DNA of 64,000 nucleotides from an uncultured delta proteobacterium (GCA_963845145.1 CAWJQU010000005.1:1323434-1387433); one strand, 5' to 3'. Numbered from the stretch's first letter, positions 10,481-22,251 are shown. Notes: a model not told the origin generated them from the letters alone. Made by a program: numbers and translations.

Positions 10481-13015
10481 TCAGTGGGCACTTAACTCTT
10501 TTTCAGGGCCGAACGGTTTAAACACGACAATGAGTCTGGGTAATAGCGTGAGGGCACCGGCCAGGGCGATCAACATGGCCAGCCCTGTCAGCAGACCGAA
10601 CAGAATGCTGGGGATAAAATTGGATAATACCAAAATCGAAAATCCCACAATGATGGTAATCGAAGTGTAAAACATCGCATAACCGATGCTGCCATGGCAA
10701 TAGTGCATGGTTGCCAGGTAATTGCCGCTGGAACCGAATTGGTTGATGAAACGGTATATATAGTGGATTGTGTTGTCCACGGCAATACCGATGCTGATGG
10801 CGGCAATGGTAATCGTCATCATGTCCAGCGGGATTTTCGCCCAACCCATAAAGCCCAATACAAACCCAATCGCCAATATATTGGGTAAAATGGCGATGAG
10901 TGCGATTTTAAATGATCTAAACAGGGCCAGAAACATAACCATCAGGGCTAATAGGGCCACACCCAAGGTGGCAATCTGGGAACTGAAGAGGCTTTGAAGG
11001 ACATTATTGTACAATACCATGAGCCCGGTTAACCTGAATTGTTCAGGGTCGAGCCCATGATCTTTAATTAAATCTGCTCTGATTTGCTTTAACAAGGCAT
11101 CGCGGCGAAGCGATTCCGCCGAATCCCGAATGAAGATAGAAAAGCGAACTTCATCGTCAGGAATGGAGATATACGGATCCAGCACCATTTTCTTAAATTG
11201 ATCGGGTAGCTCCGTGTATAGGAGCGCCATCTCAAAGCTGTTAAGCTCTTTGCCCTTGTTTATCTTCTCGGCAACTTTAATCATGGTGCCGAGAGAAAGG
11301 ACTTTACCCGTTTCGTCCAGATTGTCTAAATAATCATGAACTTGAACTATCCGGGTGATTTTATCGGGTGTAAACCAATAACGTTCATCTTTTGAGGGAC
11401 CATCAAACTCATCGAATTCGTCGAAGGAGGAATCCGTTGAATCTTCAGAGACATCAGGGGTAGTCGGTGGCGATGTCCCTGTTGGCTTAAATTTTACAAT
11501 GACATCCAACGGGGTGGTGCCAAACAGATGTTGATCGATGGTTTTCATCCCCTGATAGATTTCAGTGGATTTTTTAAAATAATCGATAAAGCTGTTTTCA
11601 ACCATAAGGCGGGTGATGCCGATGAGGCTGCCTGCAAAAATAATCGCGGCACCGACCAGAATCAGGCGGCCATGGGCTTCGGTAAACCGGGCCAGAAGCG
11701 GTGTCAAAGAAAAACGCATTTTCGGCAAGGTGGCGCGGTCGCCTTTACCGATGGCTAATAGTGCTGTGGGGAAAAACAAAAACGTGATCAAAAGCGAGAC
11801 CGTGATACCGGCGCTCATCATCCAGCCAAAGTTGATGACCGGTTTGATACCACTTAAAAGCAGCGAACCAAACCCGGCAATGGTCGTTAAAACGGCATAG
11901 AGGCAGGGAAGAAACATGGAGACGATGGTTTCAAGAACAAGCTGACGATGACTGGTTCCAGGGGCATCGAGACGCAAGCCCCGGTACCGAACCGTTAAAT
12001 GGATGCTGATCGCCATGGTGATGATTAATTGCAAAGAGATGAAATTAGACGATACGACCGTCACTTCCCATCCAAACAGGCCCAACAAGCCGATCATGGC
12101 TATGGCCGAAAGGATACAACATGCCATGGGTAGCAAAATCCAGCGCAGCTGTTTGAAAATGATTTTTAGCGTAACCACCAGAAAAAACAGGATGCCCAAC
12201 CCGAAGACCTTGAGATCGTTTTTAATAAACCCAATCAGATCATTGGAAATCATGGCCACACCACCCAGAAACAGATCGGCATCCTGGCGATAGCCATCCA
12301 TAATGGCCCGAATGGCGGCGATATCCTGTTTGTTTTGCGCGCGCATTTGATCACGGTGGGATTTCAGCTGCGCGGCTATCTGATCACGCTTGTTTTGTTG
12401 GGTGGCGGTTAGGCTGTTATTCTGGTGCATCACCCGAATTTGTTCCCGTTGGGATAACAGATCCTGAAGGATGGTATCCTTTTTTAAATTCACTATCAAC
12501 GCGGTGATTTTTAGATCGGCGCTGACCAGAAAATTGCTGTAAATCGGACTTTCGGTTAATTCGATTTTGGCCAGCTCCCTGTCCACTGATGGGGATTTTA
12601 AAGTCGGTATTTGACCGGCCAGCTCTTTTATGGGAATAGGCGGGCTCTGGAGCAAAGGGGCATTTATAATGGAAAAAACGCTCTCCACCCGTGGCAAGTT
12701 TTCAAGCTCATCCTTTAATTTTGTAATCCGCTCCAAAACAACATCAGAAAAAAGATCCTGTTGGGGTGCGTAGGTAACGATGACAAAATCTTGGGATCCA
12801 TAGCGCTTGGTGACTTGTCGCAAATAGATAAGATCCTGGTCGCCTTCCAGCAGGAGGGTTTCCGTGGACGCATCAAGGGTGAAGTCTTTGGCATGATACC
12901 CTAAAAAGGCGACCGTCAGCAGAAGGGCTAAAATCACCCATTTTGGCCACTTTAGAATGACATGGTCGTAAAATTGGTAGATCAATGAGAGGATGTCTTT
13001 CGACCGATCGGTCAT
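10481..13015 (-). CDS. MMPL/RND family transporter
   Basis: Two MMPL halves, about 12 TM segments, GIAVDNTIHY motif; lies between mlaC and mlaA. Confidence 0.85.
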   Translation of the reverse strand: MTDRSKDILSLIYQFYDHVILKWPKWVILALLLTVAFLGYHAKDFTLDASTETLLLEGDQDLIYLRQVTKRYGSQDFVIVTYAPQQDLFSDVVLERITKLKDELENLPRVESVFSIINAPLLQSPPIPIKELAGQIPTLKSPSVDRELAKIELTESPIYSNFLVSADLKITALIVNLKKDTILQDLLSQREQIRVMHQNNSLTATQQNKRDQIAAQLKSHRDQMRAQNKQDIAAIRAIMDGYRQDADLFLGGVAMISNDLIGFIKNDLKVFGLGILFFLVVTLKIIFKQLRWILLPMACCILSAIAMIGLLGLFGWEVTVVSSNFISLQLIITMAISIHLTVRYRGLRLDAPGTSHRQLVLETIVSMFLPCLYAVLTTIAGFGSLLLSGIKPVINFGWMMSAGITVSLLITFLFFPTALLAIGKGDRATLPKMRFSLTPLLARFTEAHGRLILVGAAIIFAGSLIGITRLMVENSFIDYFKKSTEIYQGMKTIDQHLFGTTPLDVIVKFKPTGTSPPTTPDVSEDSTDSSFDEFDEFDGPSKDERYWFTPDKITRIVQVHDYLDNLDETGKVLSLGTMIKVAEKINKGKELNSFEMALLYTELPDQFKKMVLDPYISIPDDEVRFSIFIRDSAESLRRDALLKQIRADLIKDHGLDPEQFRLTGLMVLYNNVLQSLFSSQIATLGVALLALMVMFLALFRSFKIALIAILPNILAIGFVLGFMGWAKIPLDMMTITIAAISIGIAVDNTIHYIYRFINQFGSSGNYLATMHYCHGSIGYAMFYTSITIIVGFSILVLSNFIPSILFGLLTGLAMLIALAGALTLLPRLIVVFKPFGPEKELSAH

Positions 13016-13599
13016 TTCAGGGATTGTTTAAGCTTGGCCAGGAGATCATCGATGGAGCCATTGTTTAAAATGGCAGAATATTCGGCCTGATGGGAGACAA
13101 TAACACTCGTGCCGCTGATTTCGGCGTCATAAATTTTCCAACCTTGTTTTGATTGATAAAACTTATAGGTGATGGGGACGACTTTACCTTTGGAAATCAG
13201 CTCCGTGGGGACGTAGATTTTGTTATCCTTTTGGACGGCTGGTTTGAAATCGATTTTATCATTGGTATAGAGTTCCACTTTGCCGATATAGGCTTTTTCC
13301 AAGTGGGCGGAAAAAAGCGACGTAAACTCCTGCTGTTTGTTATTGGAAAGTGCTGACCAGTGCTTTCTGCCCAGCGCCAGCTTGGCCATCAACGGTAGGT
13401 CAAACAGGGGTTTGACCGATTTTACAATCTGGGATCGTTTCTGGCCTTGGTCGATAGCATTGTCGTTTAGAATAAGGGTTATTTCAGTTAATGTATCTTT
13501 GACAATTTTTTCCGGCCCCTCACTGGCAAACGCCATGAACGATCCGGCAGTAATAACCAAACCGATGATCGTAATCCATATGATTTGTCGTATTTTCAT
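13012..13599 (-). CDS. mlaC: MlaC/Ttg2D family periplasmic lipid-binding protein
   Basis: FDLPLMAKLALGRKHW and WKIYDAEISGTSV motifs. Confidence 0.85.
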   Translation of the reverse strand: MKIRQIIWITIIGLVITAGSFMAFASEGPEKIVKDTLTEITLILNDNAIDQGQKRSQIVKSVKPLFDLPLMAKLALGRKHWSALSNNKQQEFTSLFSAHLEKAYIGKVELYTNDKIDFKPAVQKDNKIYVPTELISKGKVVPITYKFYQSKQGWKIYDAEISGTSVIVSHQAEYSAILNNGSIDDLLAKLKQSLK

Positions 13600-13746
13600 T
13601 GTCGTTTCCTTTCCGAATTAATACACGGCGTCGTTATTCAAAATTGCATCCGAAACCATAATATAGGGTCTTAGTTTGTCAAAGATAGGGCGACCCAACC
13701 GCGTTTGTCAAGCATTGCAGTGCCAATCCGGCTAATCGGGCATTGG

Positions 13747-14259
13747 TTAAATGGATAGTAAGTAGGTCCGCAAATTTGTTTTTTGGTGGGTAAGTCCAAA
13801 CTTGGCGCGAATATTTCTTCGATGAGCTTCAATGGTTCTGCGTGAAAGATGCATTAATTCAGCAATTTGCGTTGTCGTTCGCCCCTGTCGAACCATATTC
13901 GCTACTTGCATTTCCGTGGGCGTTAGATTGTGGGGGCGGGTAGACAGGGTCCAGGCAAACGGCGAAACAATCTCGCTTAAATTGGTTGTTAAAATTTCCA
14001 GATGCATTCTCTGTCGGGAATTGAGCTCGCTATCGGCCAGTTTTTCAAGGTAGGGGCTAATCAATTGCTCAACATTCGACAAAACGCGGGTCTCGATTTC
14101 ATATTTATCGGTTTCGCGCTTTTCCATTAAGACTTTAAGCGCGGTATTCATTTCCTGCAGACGCCGGTTTTTATCCTTAAGCGCTTGGGTCCGTTTCTCT
14201 ACGCGGCGTTCAAGGTCCTGTTGGGCTTTTAATGATGTTGGCTTGGCTTTTTTTGGCAT
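13747..14259 (-). CDS. LuxR-type HTH transcriptional regulator
   Basis: LTPTEMQVANMVRQGRTTTQIAELMHLSRRTIEAHRRNIRAK. Confidence 0.85.
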   Translation of the reverse strand: MPKKAKPTSLKAQQDLERRVEKRTQALKDKNRRLQEMNTALKVLMEKRETDKYEIETRVLSNVEQLISPYLEKLADSELNSRQRMHLEILTTNLSEIVSPFAWTLSTRPHNLTPTEMQVANMVRQGRTTTQIAELMHLSRRTIEAHRRNIRAKFGLTHQKTNLRTYLLSI

Positions 14260-14370
14260 TGTGATTCATCGCCTCCCTAAAGTCCAAAAAAGCGAACGTT
14301 GCATGGTATCTTTTCTCAGACAATCTGACCATGTAGCTGTTTGCTTGATAAAAATCGATACAAAAAATGG

Positions 14371-15195
14371 TTAAAGACCGATGGGGTCGCCTCCCTGCGA
14401 TTGAGACGCCACCGAAAGAACAATATTTTTACTTGAAATCACAGGCTCGACAGCCTCACGGGCTTTTTCCGGCGTATTGTTAATTTCACTTAAATGTGCC
14501 AGCACCACCCGTTGCAAGCGATCATGAATGAGCTCAGACAGCAATTTTCCGGTATCTTGATTGGACAGGTGGCCCGAGCGACTCATTACTCGCTGCTTCA
14601 ACGGCCAGGCGTAGGGACCGTTTTTAAGCATATCGGGATCATGATTGGCCTCCAAAACAAGCACGCTGCATTGCGCCAGATGCGACTTGACCACATGGGT
14701 CGCGACGCCAAGATCGGTGGCCACGCCGACCTTATGCCCGTTTAGCTGAAAGGTAAAACCGGCCGGGTCCACGGCATCATGAGAGATGGAAAAGGGATGA
14801 ATCGTCAGACTGTTGATCGTAAATGGCGTGCCGCAATTAAAATGGTTGATTTTGAATAGACGCCCCAATCGTTTGGCCGATATCTCAGCCGTTTTCGGCG
14901 TAATATAGACCGGTAAATGGTAACGGCGGGATAGGACACCGGCACCATGGATGTGGTCGCTGTGTTCGTGGGAGATGATGATGGCATCCAGGTCTTCCGC
15001 TCGCAAGCCCTGTCGGTTTAAGCGGCGTTCAATCTGAATGCCGGATAAGCCGGAGTCCAATAAAATGCGGGTATGCCCGTCAGACAGGAACGTGACATTT
15101 CCCTTGCTGCCACTGGCCAGAACACAAACGACCGGCCGGTTGTCGCCTGGAGGTGAAATATCCTTGGATTGCGGATGGTTATTGCCGGAAATCAT
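14371..15195 (-). CDS. MBL-fold metallohydrolase (YycJ/WalJ-like)
   Basis: LASGSKGN, SHEHSDH, LEANHD and GHLSN motifs. Confidence 0.9.
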   Translation of the reverse strand: MISGNNHPQSKDISPPGDNRPVVCVLASGSKGNVTFLSDGHTRILLDSGLSGIQIERRLNRQGLRAEDLDAIIISHEHSDHIHGAGVLSRRYHLPVYITPKTAEISAKRLGRLFKINHFNCGTPFTINSLTIHPFSISHDAVDPAGFTFQLNGHKVGVATDLGVATHVVKSHLAQCSVLVLEANHDPDMLKNGPYAWPLKQRVMSRSGHLSNQDTGKLLSELIHDRLQRVVLAHLSEINNTPEKAREAVEPVISSKNIVLSVASQSQGGDPIGL

Positions 15196-15287
15196 AGGTG
15201 TCTTTTGTCTGCCTATCCATATATTGGGGAGCCGGTTTTTCAGTGTACCGGTCTAATGCGCCAAGTTGATTTTCGGCCGAGGTGTCT

Positions 15288-15758
15288 TTACCGGCCGGTA
15301 TGCCCGAAACCACCGTCGCCACGAGGTGTCTTTTGCAATGAATCCACCTCTTCAAGCTGAGCACGGAAGGCGCGCGCGATAATCATCTGGGCGATCCGGT
15401 CTCCGCGATTAATGGGGTACGGCCGGGGGCCGTGATTGATCAGGGCCACCTTCACCTCTCCACGGTAATCGGCATCAATCGTACCGGGCGAATTAATCAA
15501 CCCGATGCCATGGCGAACCGCCAGACCGCTGCGCGGTCGAATCTGGGCCTCAAAGCCTTCGGGCAGGGCCATAGCGAAACCCGTGGGGATCAATTCGATG
15601 GTGCCAGGGTGTATGGTAACCGTTTGGGTGACCGCCGCACAAACATCCATTCCGGCTGATTGAGGTGTCATGTAACGGGGCAGGGGAATATCGGTATCAT
15701 TTTTCGGGTCAAGGCGAACAATCTGAATGTGTGGTTGAAGGCGTGGTTGTGGCGGCAT
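15288..15758 (-). CDS. dut: dUTP diphosphatase
   Basis: [19 protein letters not shown] and [10 protein letters not shown] motifs. Confidence 0.95.
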   Translation of the reverse strand: MPPQPRLQPHIQIVRLDPKNDTDIPLPRYMTPQSAGMDVCAAVTQTVTIHPGTIELIPTGFAMALPEGFEAQIRPRSGLAVRHGIGLINSPGTIDADYRGEVKVALINHGPRPYPINRGDRIAQMIIARAFRAQLEEVDSLQKTPRGDGGFGHTGR

Positions 15759-15761
15759 GAT

Positions 15762-17027
15762 TTAAGGCTGTATCAATCCGGCAAATAACGTTTCGTCCTT
15801 AATCGGCCCCAGGGTTGTCAAGGCAACCCGATCCTCACCATACAGGCGCTTGGCAAGCGTCTGTATGTTTTCGGCCGATACATCATCAATTTTAGCCAGA
15901 ATCTCCTTTAGAGGTAAATGCCGGCCAAAGTGGATCTCTTGTTGTGCCAGGCGAATCATTTGATTATCATTGCTTTCGGCGGCCAGCAGCAACGACCCCT
16001 TGGTATAATCCTTGGCGCTTTGCAATTCGTCGGGACTAACCAGGTCTTGCCCCATTTTTCTTATCGCCGCCATAATCCGTTCGACCGTTTCCACGGCCTG
16101 ATCCGGGGCGACGGCGGCGTAAACACCCAACATGCCCGTGTCTTCATAGGCGCTGACAAAGGAGTAGATCGAATAGGCCAAACCGTATTTTTCCCGGATT
16201 TCCTGGAACAGGCGGGAGCTCATGTTGCCACCCAGAATAGTATTGAGCAATGAACTCGTATACCGGTCGGGATCGGAAATGGCCAGGCCCTCAACGCCGA
16301 GACAGAGGTGCACCTGCTCCTGATCACGGTCATGGACGCGGGTAAAGAAGTGATAATCCGGCTTTTCCCGCTGCGGCAATCGGTGTGCCGGAGTCAAATC
16401 ATCGAAGACCGGTTGAATCAGATCCACAAATTCCGAATGGTCGATCTTGCCGGCGGCAGAAATGACAATACGATCAGGCTGATAGAGTTTGTTAAAAAAG
16501 CGCTTCAAATCGGTGGAATCGAAGCGCATCAGTTTTTCCCGAGTTCCGATGATGGGGCGTCCCAACGGATGATCGCCCCAAAAGCTCTGGCCGGCCAAAT
16601 GATGAACCAGTTCATCGGGGCTATCTTCCAACATGCTGATTTCTTGAAAAATAACCGGTCGTTCGCGTTCCACTTCTCGTTGATCAAAGACCGAATGAAG
16701 GAAAATATCCGCCAGAATATCGACCATGGTAGGCAGGTGCCCATTCATGACTTTGGCGTAATAGCAGGTGTTTTCCATTGAGGTAAAGGCATTGGTGGCG
16801 CCACCGATCGCATCGAATTCCTTGGCGATTTGATAGGACGATCTTCGGTTTGTTCCCTTGAAAATCATATGCTCGATAAAATGAGAAAGGCCTTGTTCAT
16901 CGACGGCCTCATCCCGGGCACCGGCATCGACCCAGATACCCATGGACACCGAATGCAGATGGGCCATGGGCATCGTGAGGACACGAATCCCGTTGGGAAG
17001 GGTGCTTTTGTGAATAGATGTATCCAA
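15762..17027 (-). CDS. M16 family zinc peptidase
   Basis: HFIEH inverted zinc motif; SSRLFQEIREKYGLAY; usual position after pnp. Confidence 0.9.
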   Translation of the reverse strand: MDTSIHKSTLPNGIRVLTMPMAHLHSVSMGIWVDAGARDEAVDEQGLSHFIEHMIFKGTNRRSSYQIAKEFDAIGGATNAFTSMENTCYYAKVMNGHLPTMVDILADIFLHSVFDQREVERERPVIFQEISMLEDSPDELVHHLAGQSFWGDHPLGRPIIGTREKLMRFDSTDLKRFFNKLYQPDRIVISAAGKIDHSEFVDLIQPVFDDLTPAHRLPQREKPDYHFFTRVHDRDQEQVHLCLGVEGLAISDPDRYTSSLLNTILGGNMSSRLFQEIREKYGLAYSIYSFVSAYEDTGMLGVYAAVAPDQAVETVERIMAAIRKMGQDLVSPDELQSAKDYTKGSLLLAAESNDNQMIRLAQQEIHFGRHLPLKEILAKIDDVSAENIQTLAKRLYGEDRVALTTLGPIKDETLFAGLIQP

Positions 17028-17057
17028 ATCGTTAATCCTGACCGTTAGTCCTGATCA

Positions 17058-19139
17058 TTAATCTTGGTCGCTGACCTCTTTGTGGCTCAAGCGGATCTTG
17101 CCGTCGCGCCCAATTTCCAGGACCTTCACTTTAATGATGTCGCCCTCTTTGACCACATCGGTGACTTTTTTTACCCGATGGTTAGCCAGTTGGGAAATAT
17201 GCACCAGGCCATCCGTACCGGGTAAGATTTGTACAAACGCTCCGAAATCCATTATTTTGACGACCTTGCCCTCATAAATGGCGTTGACTTCCGGAACGGC
17301 CGTGATCTCCTTAATTCGGCCCATGGCCATATCGGCCTCTTCTTTACTGGTGGCGGCGATTTTGACAAGGCCGGAATCGTCCACTTCAATGCGTGTATTG
17401 GTGTCCGCCTGAATAGCGCGAATCATCTTGCCACCCGGGCCGATAATATCTCGAATTTTATCCGGATTAATTTCTACCGTTTCGATCACCGGTGCGTAGC
17501 GGGATATGGCTTCTCGCGGGGCACCCAGGGCACCATCCATGTTATCCAGAATATGAAGCCGTCCCATGCGTGCCTGGGCCAACGCTTTTTCCATCACGTC
17601 CCGGGATAATTCAAGAATTTTGATGTCCATTTGAAGGGAAGTAATCCCCTCACGGGTCCCGGCGACTTTAAAATCCATATCGCCGGTATGGTCCTCATCC
17701 CCAAGAATATCCGATAGAATCTCCACCTGATCCCCTTCGCTGACGAGTCCCATGGCGACGCCTGCCACCGGCGCTTTGATGGGGACACCGCCATCCATCA
17801 TCGCCAGCGTGGCGGCGCACACCGTGCCCATGGAGGAAGAGCCATTGGATTCAAGCACTTCGGAAACGATTCGAATGGTATAGTCGAAATCTTCCTTATC
17901 GGGAAGTACCCGCTCAATAGCGCGCGTTGACAACCCGCCATGACCGATGTCCCGGCGGCTGGGGCCTCCTAAGCGGCGGGTTTCGCCTACCGAGTAGGGA
18001 GGAAAATTGTAATGCAGCATAAAGGGGCGGAACTCTTCGCCGCCCAAAGTCTCGACGCGCTGCTGATCCGGACCGGAGCCTAGGGTTAAGACGCCAAGTA
18101 CCTGGGTTTCACCACGGGTGAAAAGAGCACTACCGTGGGGCCTGGGTAAGATGCCGGGCTGGCAGGTGATGGGACGGATTTCATCAAATCGGCGGCCGTC
18201 GATGCGCCGGCCTTCTTTTAATACCAGATCGCGGCTGATCTTTTTCTTGAGATCTGAGAATATGTCGCCTACCTCGCCTTCACGATCGGGATGGGACTCC
18301 TTAATTTTTTCAACAACATCCGCCTTCACCTGGCGAATCGCAACCTGGCGCTCTACTTTCGTCGGTGTCAGAATGGCCTCACGGAGTTTTTCCGAAGCTT
18401 CAGCTGTCACTGTCGCAACGAGATCCGGATCTGGTTTAGGGGGCTCAAAGGCGCGTTTGGGTTTACCGCATTTGGCCTTAAGATCCTCTTGAACCTTAAT
18501 CAATGGTTGCAGGGCTTCATGTCCAAAATAGATGGCCTCAATGGCCTCGGCCTCATCGATGATATCGGCACCGCCTTCCACCATGATTACACCGGTTTTT
18601 GATCCGGCCACAATGATGTTAAAATCGGACTGTTCCCACTGGGAAATCGGCGGGTTGGCGATCAGTTTGCCATCAATGCGTCCCACGCGAACACTGGCGA
18701 TAGGACCGGCAAAGGGGATGTCTGAAATTTCAAGGGCGGCGGAAGCTCCAAGCATCGCCAGGCAATCGGGGTCGTTCTCATGGTCCATGGAGAGGACCGT
18801 GGCGATTACCTGGATCTCACATTGATACCCCTTGGGGAACAGGGGCCGAATCGGGCGGTCAATTAACCGGGCCGTAAGGGTCTCTTTTTCACTGGGACGT
18901 CCGATCTCCCGCCTAAAATAGTTCCCGGGAATTCGCCCGGCAGCGTAAATCTTTTCCATGTACTCAACGGTCAGCGGAAGAAATCCCATATTCCGTTCTT
19001 CCAATGAACCCACCACGGATACCAAGACGACGGTTTCTCCGCACTGCACAACCACCGCACCCGACGCCTGTTTGGCAAGCTTACCGGTCTGGATGGTTAA
19101 AGGTTGGTCCCCAAGGGTCGTATTAAGTTCTAATTCCAT
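17058..19139 (-). CDS. pnp: Polyribonucleotide nucleotidyltransferase
   Basis: Two RNase PH domains, [20 protein letters not shown] and S1 domains. Confidence 0.97.
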   Translation of the reverse strand: MELELNTTLGDQPLTIQTGKLAKQASGAVVVQCGETVVLVSVVGSLEERNMGFLPLTVEYMEKIYAAGRIPGNYFRREIGRPSEKETLTARLIDRPIRPLFPKGYQCEIQVIATVLSMDHENDPDCLAMLGASAALEISDIPFAGPIASVRVGRIDGKLIANPPISQWEQSDFNIIVAGSKTGVIMVEGGADIIDEAEAIEAIYFGHEALQPLIKVQEDLKAKCGKPKRAFEPPKPDPDLVATVTAEASEKLREAILTPTKVERQVAIRQVKADVVEKIKESHPDREGEVGDIFSDLKKKISRDLVLKEGRRIDGRRFDEIRPITCQPGILPRPHGSALFTRGETQVLGVLTLGSGPDQQRVETLGGEEFRPFMLHYNFPPYSVGETRRLGGPSRRDIGHGGLSTRAIERVLPDKEDFDYTIRIVSEVLESNGSSSMGTVCAATLAMMDGGVPIKAPVAGVAMGLVSEGDQVEILSDILGDEDHTGDMDFKVAGTREGITSLQMDIKILELSRDVMEKALAQARMGRLHILDNMDGALGAPREAISRYAPVIETVEINPDKIRDIIGPGGKMIRAIQADTNTRIEVDDSGLVKIAATSKEEADMAMGRIKEITAVPEVNAIYEGKVVKIMDFGAFVQILPGTDGLVHISQLANHRVKKVTDVVKEGDIIKVKVLEIGRDGKIRLSHKEVSDQD

Positions 19140-19261
19140 CTGTTTCTCCTGTGCGAATCGTCGCTATCAATATAAGGCAACCCGTAGCAATAGGAACCTG
19201 GCCATCTTAGCGATTATCTCTGGTTTGTTTTTCGTGTCCAATACGATGCTGAGGTGTTCAG

Positions 19262-19531
19262 CTATCGGCGCAGACCGAGGGTTTTGACAATATCACGATA
19301 CCGCTTTACATCCTTATTTTTAACATAGTTGAGCAGGCGTCGCCTCTGACCAACCAGCATCAAAAGTCCCCGACGTGTATGGTGGTCTTTTTTGTGGGCT
19401 TTAAGATGTTCGGTTAAATAGGAAATTCGATGGGTTAACAATCCCACCTGGACTTCCGGCGACCCGGTATCCGATTCGTGAAGTTTGTACTTGTCAATTA
19501 AATTTCTTTTCTCGTTGGATGTCAGTACCAA
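19262..19531 (-). CDS. rpsO: 30S ribosomal protein S15
   Basis: DTGSPEVQV and KDHH motifs; TTG start after GGAGG. Confidence 0.97.
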   Translation of the reverse strand: MVLTSNEKRNLIDKYKLHESDTGSPEVQVGLLTHRISYLTEHLKAHKKDHHTRRGLLMLVGQRRRLLNYVKNKDVKRYRDIVKTLGLRR

Positions 19532-19609
19532 TGTCGTTCCTCCTGAATTTTGTTCATTATTACTTTCATTTCAAACAGATTGAATTCCGGTTTGGGCTTC
19601 TGAGCAATA

Positions 19610-20509
19610 CTAAATCCCATCCGGAAAAACGCAACAATACCTATAATTACGATCGATAACCGCCAGTAGCTTTCGATCGGTGTCGATGATTTTCATTTTT
19701 TCCCCGGTAACCCGAATGCCATCAGTGAGATCCAGGGGGCGCCCATATCTGATTTTTTCACACAACACCTTACTCGCCTGATGGGTCGGCATATCCGGCA
19801 ACGCATCCACCGGTAAAACCAAGTGGGTGCCCCAGACACCCTCGGCGACCAAAGTTTCAAGCTCCTTTGGTTTGAGGGCGCATCCTACCGAAAAACCACA
19901 ACTGGCGGTACGACGCAAAGCGGCTAAATGGCCCCCACATCCCAAGGTTTCGCCTAAATCCGCACATATAGTGCGAATGTATGTGCCGGCAGAGCAGGTA
20001 ACGCTAAAATGGACATCCGGCAGATCTATTTTTTTTATCCTTAGCGCTGATATTACCACAGTTCGGGGTGGTTTGGCTACCGGCTCACCCTTTCGGGCAT
20101 AATGGTACAACGGCTTCCCCTGGTGCTTTACGGCAGAGTATATCGGTGGTCGCTGCTGAATGCTTCCGATAAATTTACGAACCCCGGTTTCGATGTCGGT
20201 TTTAGAGATATGCAAAAAATCCTTACGGTCCAAAATTTGCCCCGTGGCATCCTGAGTGTCGGTGGTAATCCCTAAGCGAAGGGTCGCCTGATACGTTTTT
20301 TCTCCGGTCAATAAGAACTGGGCCAATTTGGTCGCTTGGTTCAGGCAGCAAACCAACAGACCCGTTGCCAGCGGATCCAATGTCCCGGTGTGGCCCGCTT
20401 TTTTTGAGCCGGTCAGCCTTTTGATTATGGCTACGACTTTGGCCGATGTCATTTTGTCCGGTTTGTCAATGAGCAATATGCCGGTTTTGTCAGGCCCATG
20501 CTGGCCCAT
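19610..20509 (-). CDS. truB: tRNA pseudouridine(55) synthase
   Basis: GHTGTLDPLATG, PPIYSAVK and CSAGTYIR motifs. Confidence 0.95.
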   Translation of the reverse strand: MGQHGPDKTGILLIDKPDKMTSAKVVAIIKRLTGSKKAGHTGTLDPLATGLLVCCLNQATKLAQFLLTGEKTYQATLRLGITTDTQDATGQILDRKDFLHISKTDIETGVRKFIGSIQQRPPIYSAVKHQGKPLYHYARKGEPVAKPPRTVVISALRIKKIDLPDVHFSVTCSAGTYIRTICADLGETLGCGGHLAALRRTASCGFSVGCALKPKELETLVAEGVWGTHLVLPVDALPDMPTHQASKVLCEKIRYGRPLDLTDGIRVTGEKMKIIDTDRKLLAVIDRNYRYCCVFPDGI

Positions 20510-21481
20510 CTAAAGGCTATCCGCCAATGTCCATATTTTGGCTTTCAACTGAGGCAGGGTGGCTTTCACTAAAAACCCGGCTGCCTTGGCATGCCCGCCC
20601 CCTCCGAAAGTAGTTGCGATGGCCGCCACATCCACGGCGCCATTTGACCTAAGGCTTACCTGAAAAGGCCGTTGGCTACCGGGTACGCCATTTCCGTTTC
20701 TTTTTTCCCTAATCAGGACCGCCACGTCAATATCCTCAATGCGACGGGCATAATTAATCATTCCGACCACATCGTCCGGAACAGTGCCGCTTTCCATGAG
20801 CATGCGCCGTGTCACCGCCATGAGAGATAGTTTGCCATTATGGGAAATCTCGATTGAATTGAGCGCCATGTTTAAAAGCTTCAAGCGGCCGATAGAGTAT
20901 TGTCCGTATAGGTGTTTGGCGACTTCAGCGGGTTCGGCCCCGGCAGCAACCAGTGCTTCACAGATTGAAAATGTTTTCTGGCTGGTATTGGTAAACCGAA
21001 ACGACCCTGTATCGGTTAAAATGCCCGTGTACAATGCCGTAGCGATGGGCGCCGTGATCGGGATACCCAGCGCGAGGATGACCTGGTAAATAAGTTCGGC
21101 ACTGGCACATGCATTGGGGTCAATCAGGGAAAGATGGCCAAAACCCATATTGGTTGCATGATGATCAATATTGATCAAACGGGGAAATCCTTCCATTGTA
21201 TCAGCCATTTGTCCTAGGCGCTGAAGATCCCCGCAATCAATGATGACAGCCACATCACATTCGTTAAGGGGTGGTGCGGCACAGGTCACCCGGTCAACAC
21301 CGGATAAAAAACGATAGGGTCCGGGAATCGGGCTTTCATTGTACATGACAACGCGTTTGCCGGCCGCTTCAAGCGCCAGGCCCATGGCTACCAGGGAACC
21401 GATGGCATCACCATCAGGGTCGATGTGTGTAGCCAGTAAAACATTTTTGTACGTGTTCAGCGTTTCAATAATCTCTCTCAT
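20510..21481 (-). CDS. nrnA: DHH family phosphoesterase (NrnA-like)
   Basis: HIDPDGDA, IDHH, TDTGSF and GGGHAKAAG; start chosen at the ATG overlapping the rbfA end. Confidence 0.88.
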   Translation of the reverse strand: MREIIETLNTYKNVLLATHIDPDGDAIGSLVAMGLALEAAGKRVVMYNESPIPGPYRFLSGVDRVTCAAPPLNECDVAVIIDCGDLQRLGQMADTMEGFPRLINIDHHATNMGFGHLSLIDPNACASAELIYQVILALGIPITAPIATALYTGILTDTGSFRFTNTSQKTFSICEALVAAGAEPAEVAKHLYGQYSIGRLKLLNMALNSIEISHNGKLSLMAVTRRMLMESGTVPDDVVGMINYARRIEDIDVAVLIREKRNGNGVPGSQRPFQVSLRSNGAVDVAAIATTFGGGGHAKAAGFLVKATLPQLKAKIWTLADSL

Positions 21482-21827
21482 CTTCTTCCTGAACTGATTT
21501 GAGCAAGCGATCGATGTGGTCTCCATATTCAAAGGAATCGTCATGGTAAAATTCAAGTGTAGGTATATAACGCAGACTTAATTGTCTCGCCAGCGATCGT
21601 TTAAAGTATCCACCAGCGCTTCTCAGACCGGTCGCGCTGTCTTTTGGATCAACCTCACGGCCGGTAGAGGTATAGTATACCCGTGCCAATTTCAGGTCCG
21701 CAGTCAATTTTACACCGGTAATCAACACCATTTTCAGGCGCGGATCCTTGATTTTTCGTAGGAGCAGGTCCGAAAGGACTTTCTGAATCTCGCCTGCCAC
21801 CCTATCGGCCCGGGCAAACGGCCTCAT
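21465..21827 (-). CDS. rbfA: Ribosome-binding factor A
   Basis: IKDPRL, DLKLARVY and LRYIPTLEF motifs; synteny. Confidence 0.95.
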   Translation of the reverse strand: MRPFARADRVAGEIQKVLSDLLLRKIKDPRLKMVLITGVKLTADLKLARVYYTSTGREVDPKDSATGLRSAGGYFKRSLARQLSLRYIPTLEFYHDDSFEYGDHIDRLLKSVQEEDERDY

Positions 21828-22111
21828 AAGTGAATGATCTCCATTTCACTATCGATTATTTCAGCCAACGTCAGGTCATAAGCCATATTAAGGAGTTTAT
21901 CCATTTTGCCATTGACAAAGCGTCCCGAATTTCCAACCATGGCAAAGCCAATCTCAGCCCGTTGATGAACATCATTGGCACCGACTTCGCCTGCGGAAAC
22001 ATTGAATTGATTTCGTATCCGTCCAACCAGCGATTTGACCACCTTGCGCTTTGCCTTAAGACTTCGACAGTCGGGAATACGCAGGGTTAATTTTACCAAT
22101 CCGACAACCAT
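21824..22111 (-). CDS. DUF503 (YlxP) family protein
   Basis: SLKAKRKVVKS...FNVS; located between infB and rbfA. Confidence 0.9.
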   Translation of the reverse strand: MVVGLVKLTLRIPDCRSLKAKRKVVKSLVGRIRNQFNVSAGEVGANDVHQRAEIGFAMVGNSGRFVNGKMDKLLNMAYDLTLAEIIDSEMEIIHL

Positions 22112-22251
22112 GGGTCACTAAAGAGTTAGAGTAGGCATTTAACGATAGGTGGAGTCATATTCCGCCGCAGACGCGACCAACGTGATATCAATACTTGTCT
22201 ATTTTTTGCAGTTACCCTTCGGCCTTGATTCCTATAGGTTCCGTTTCCAAA

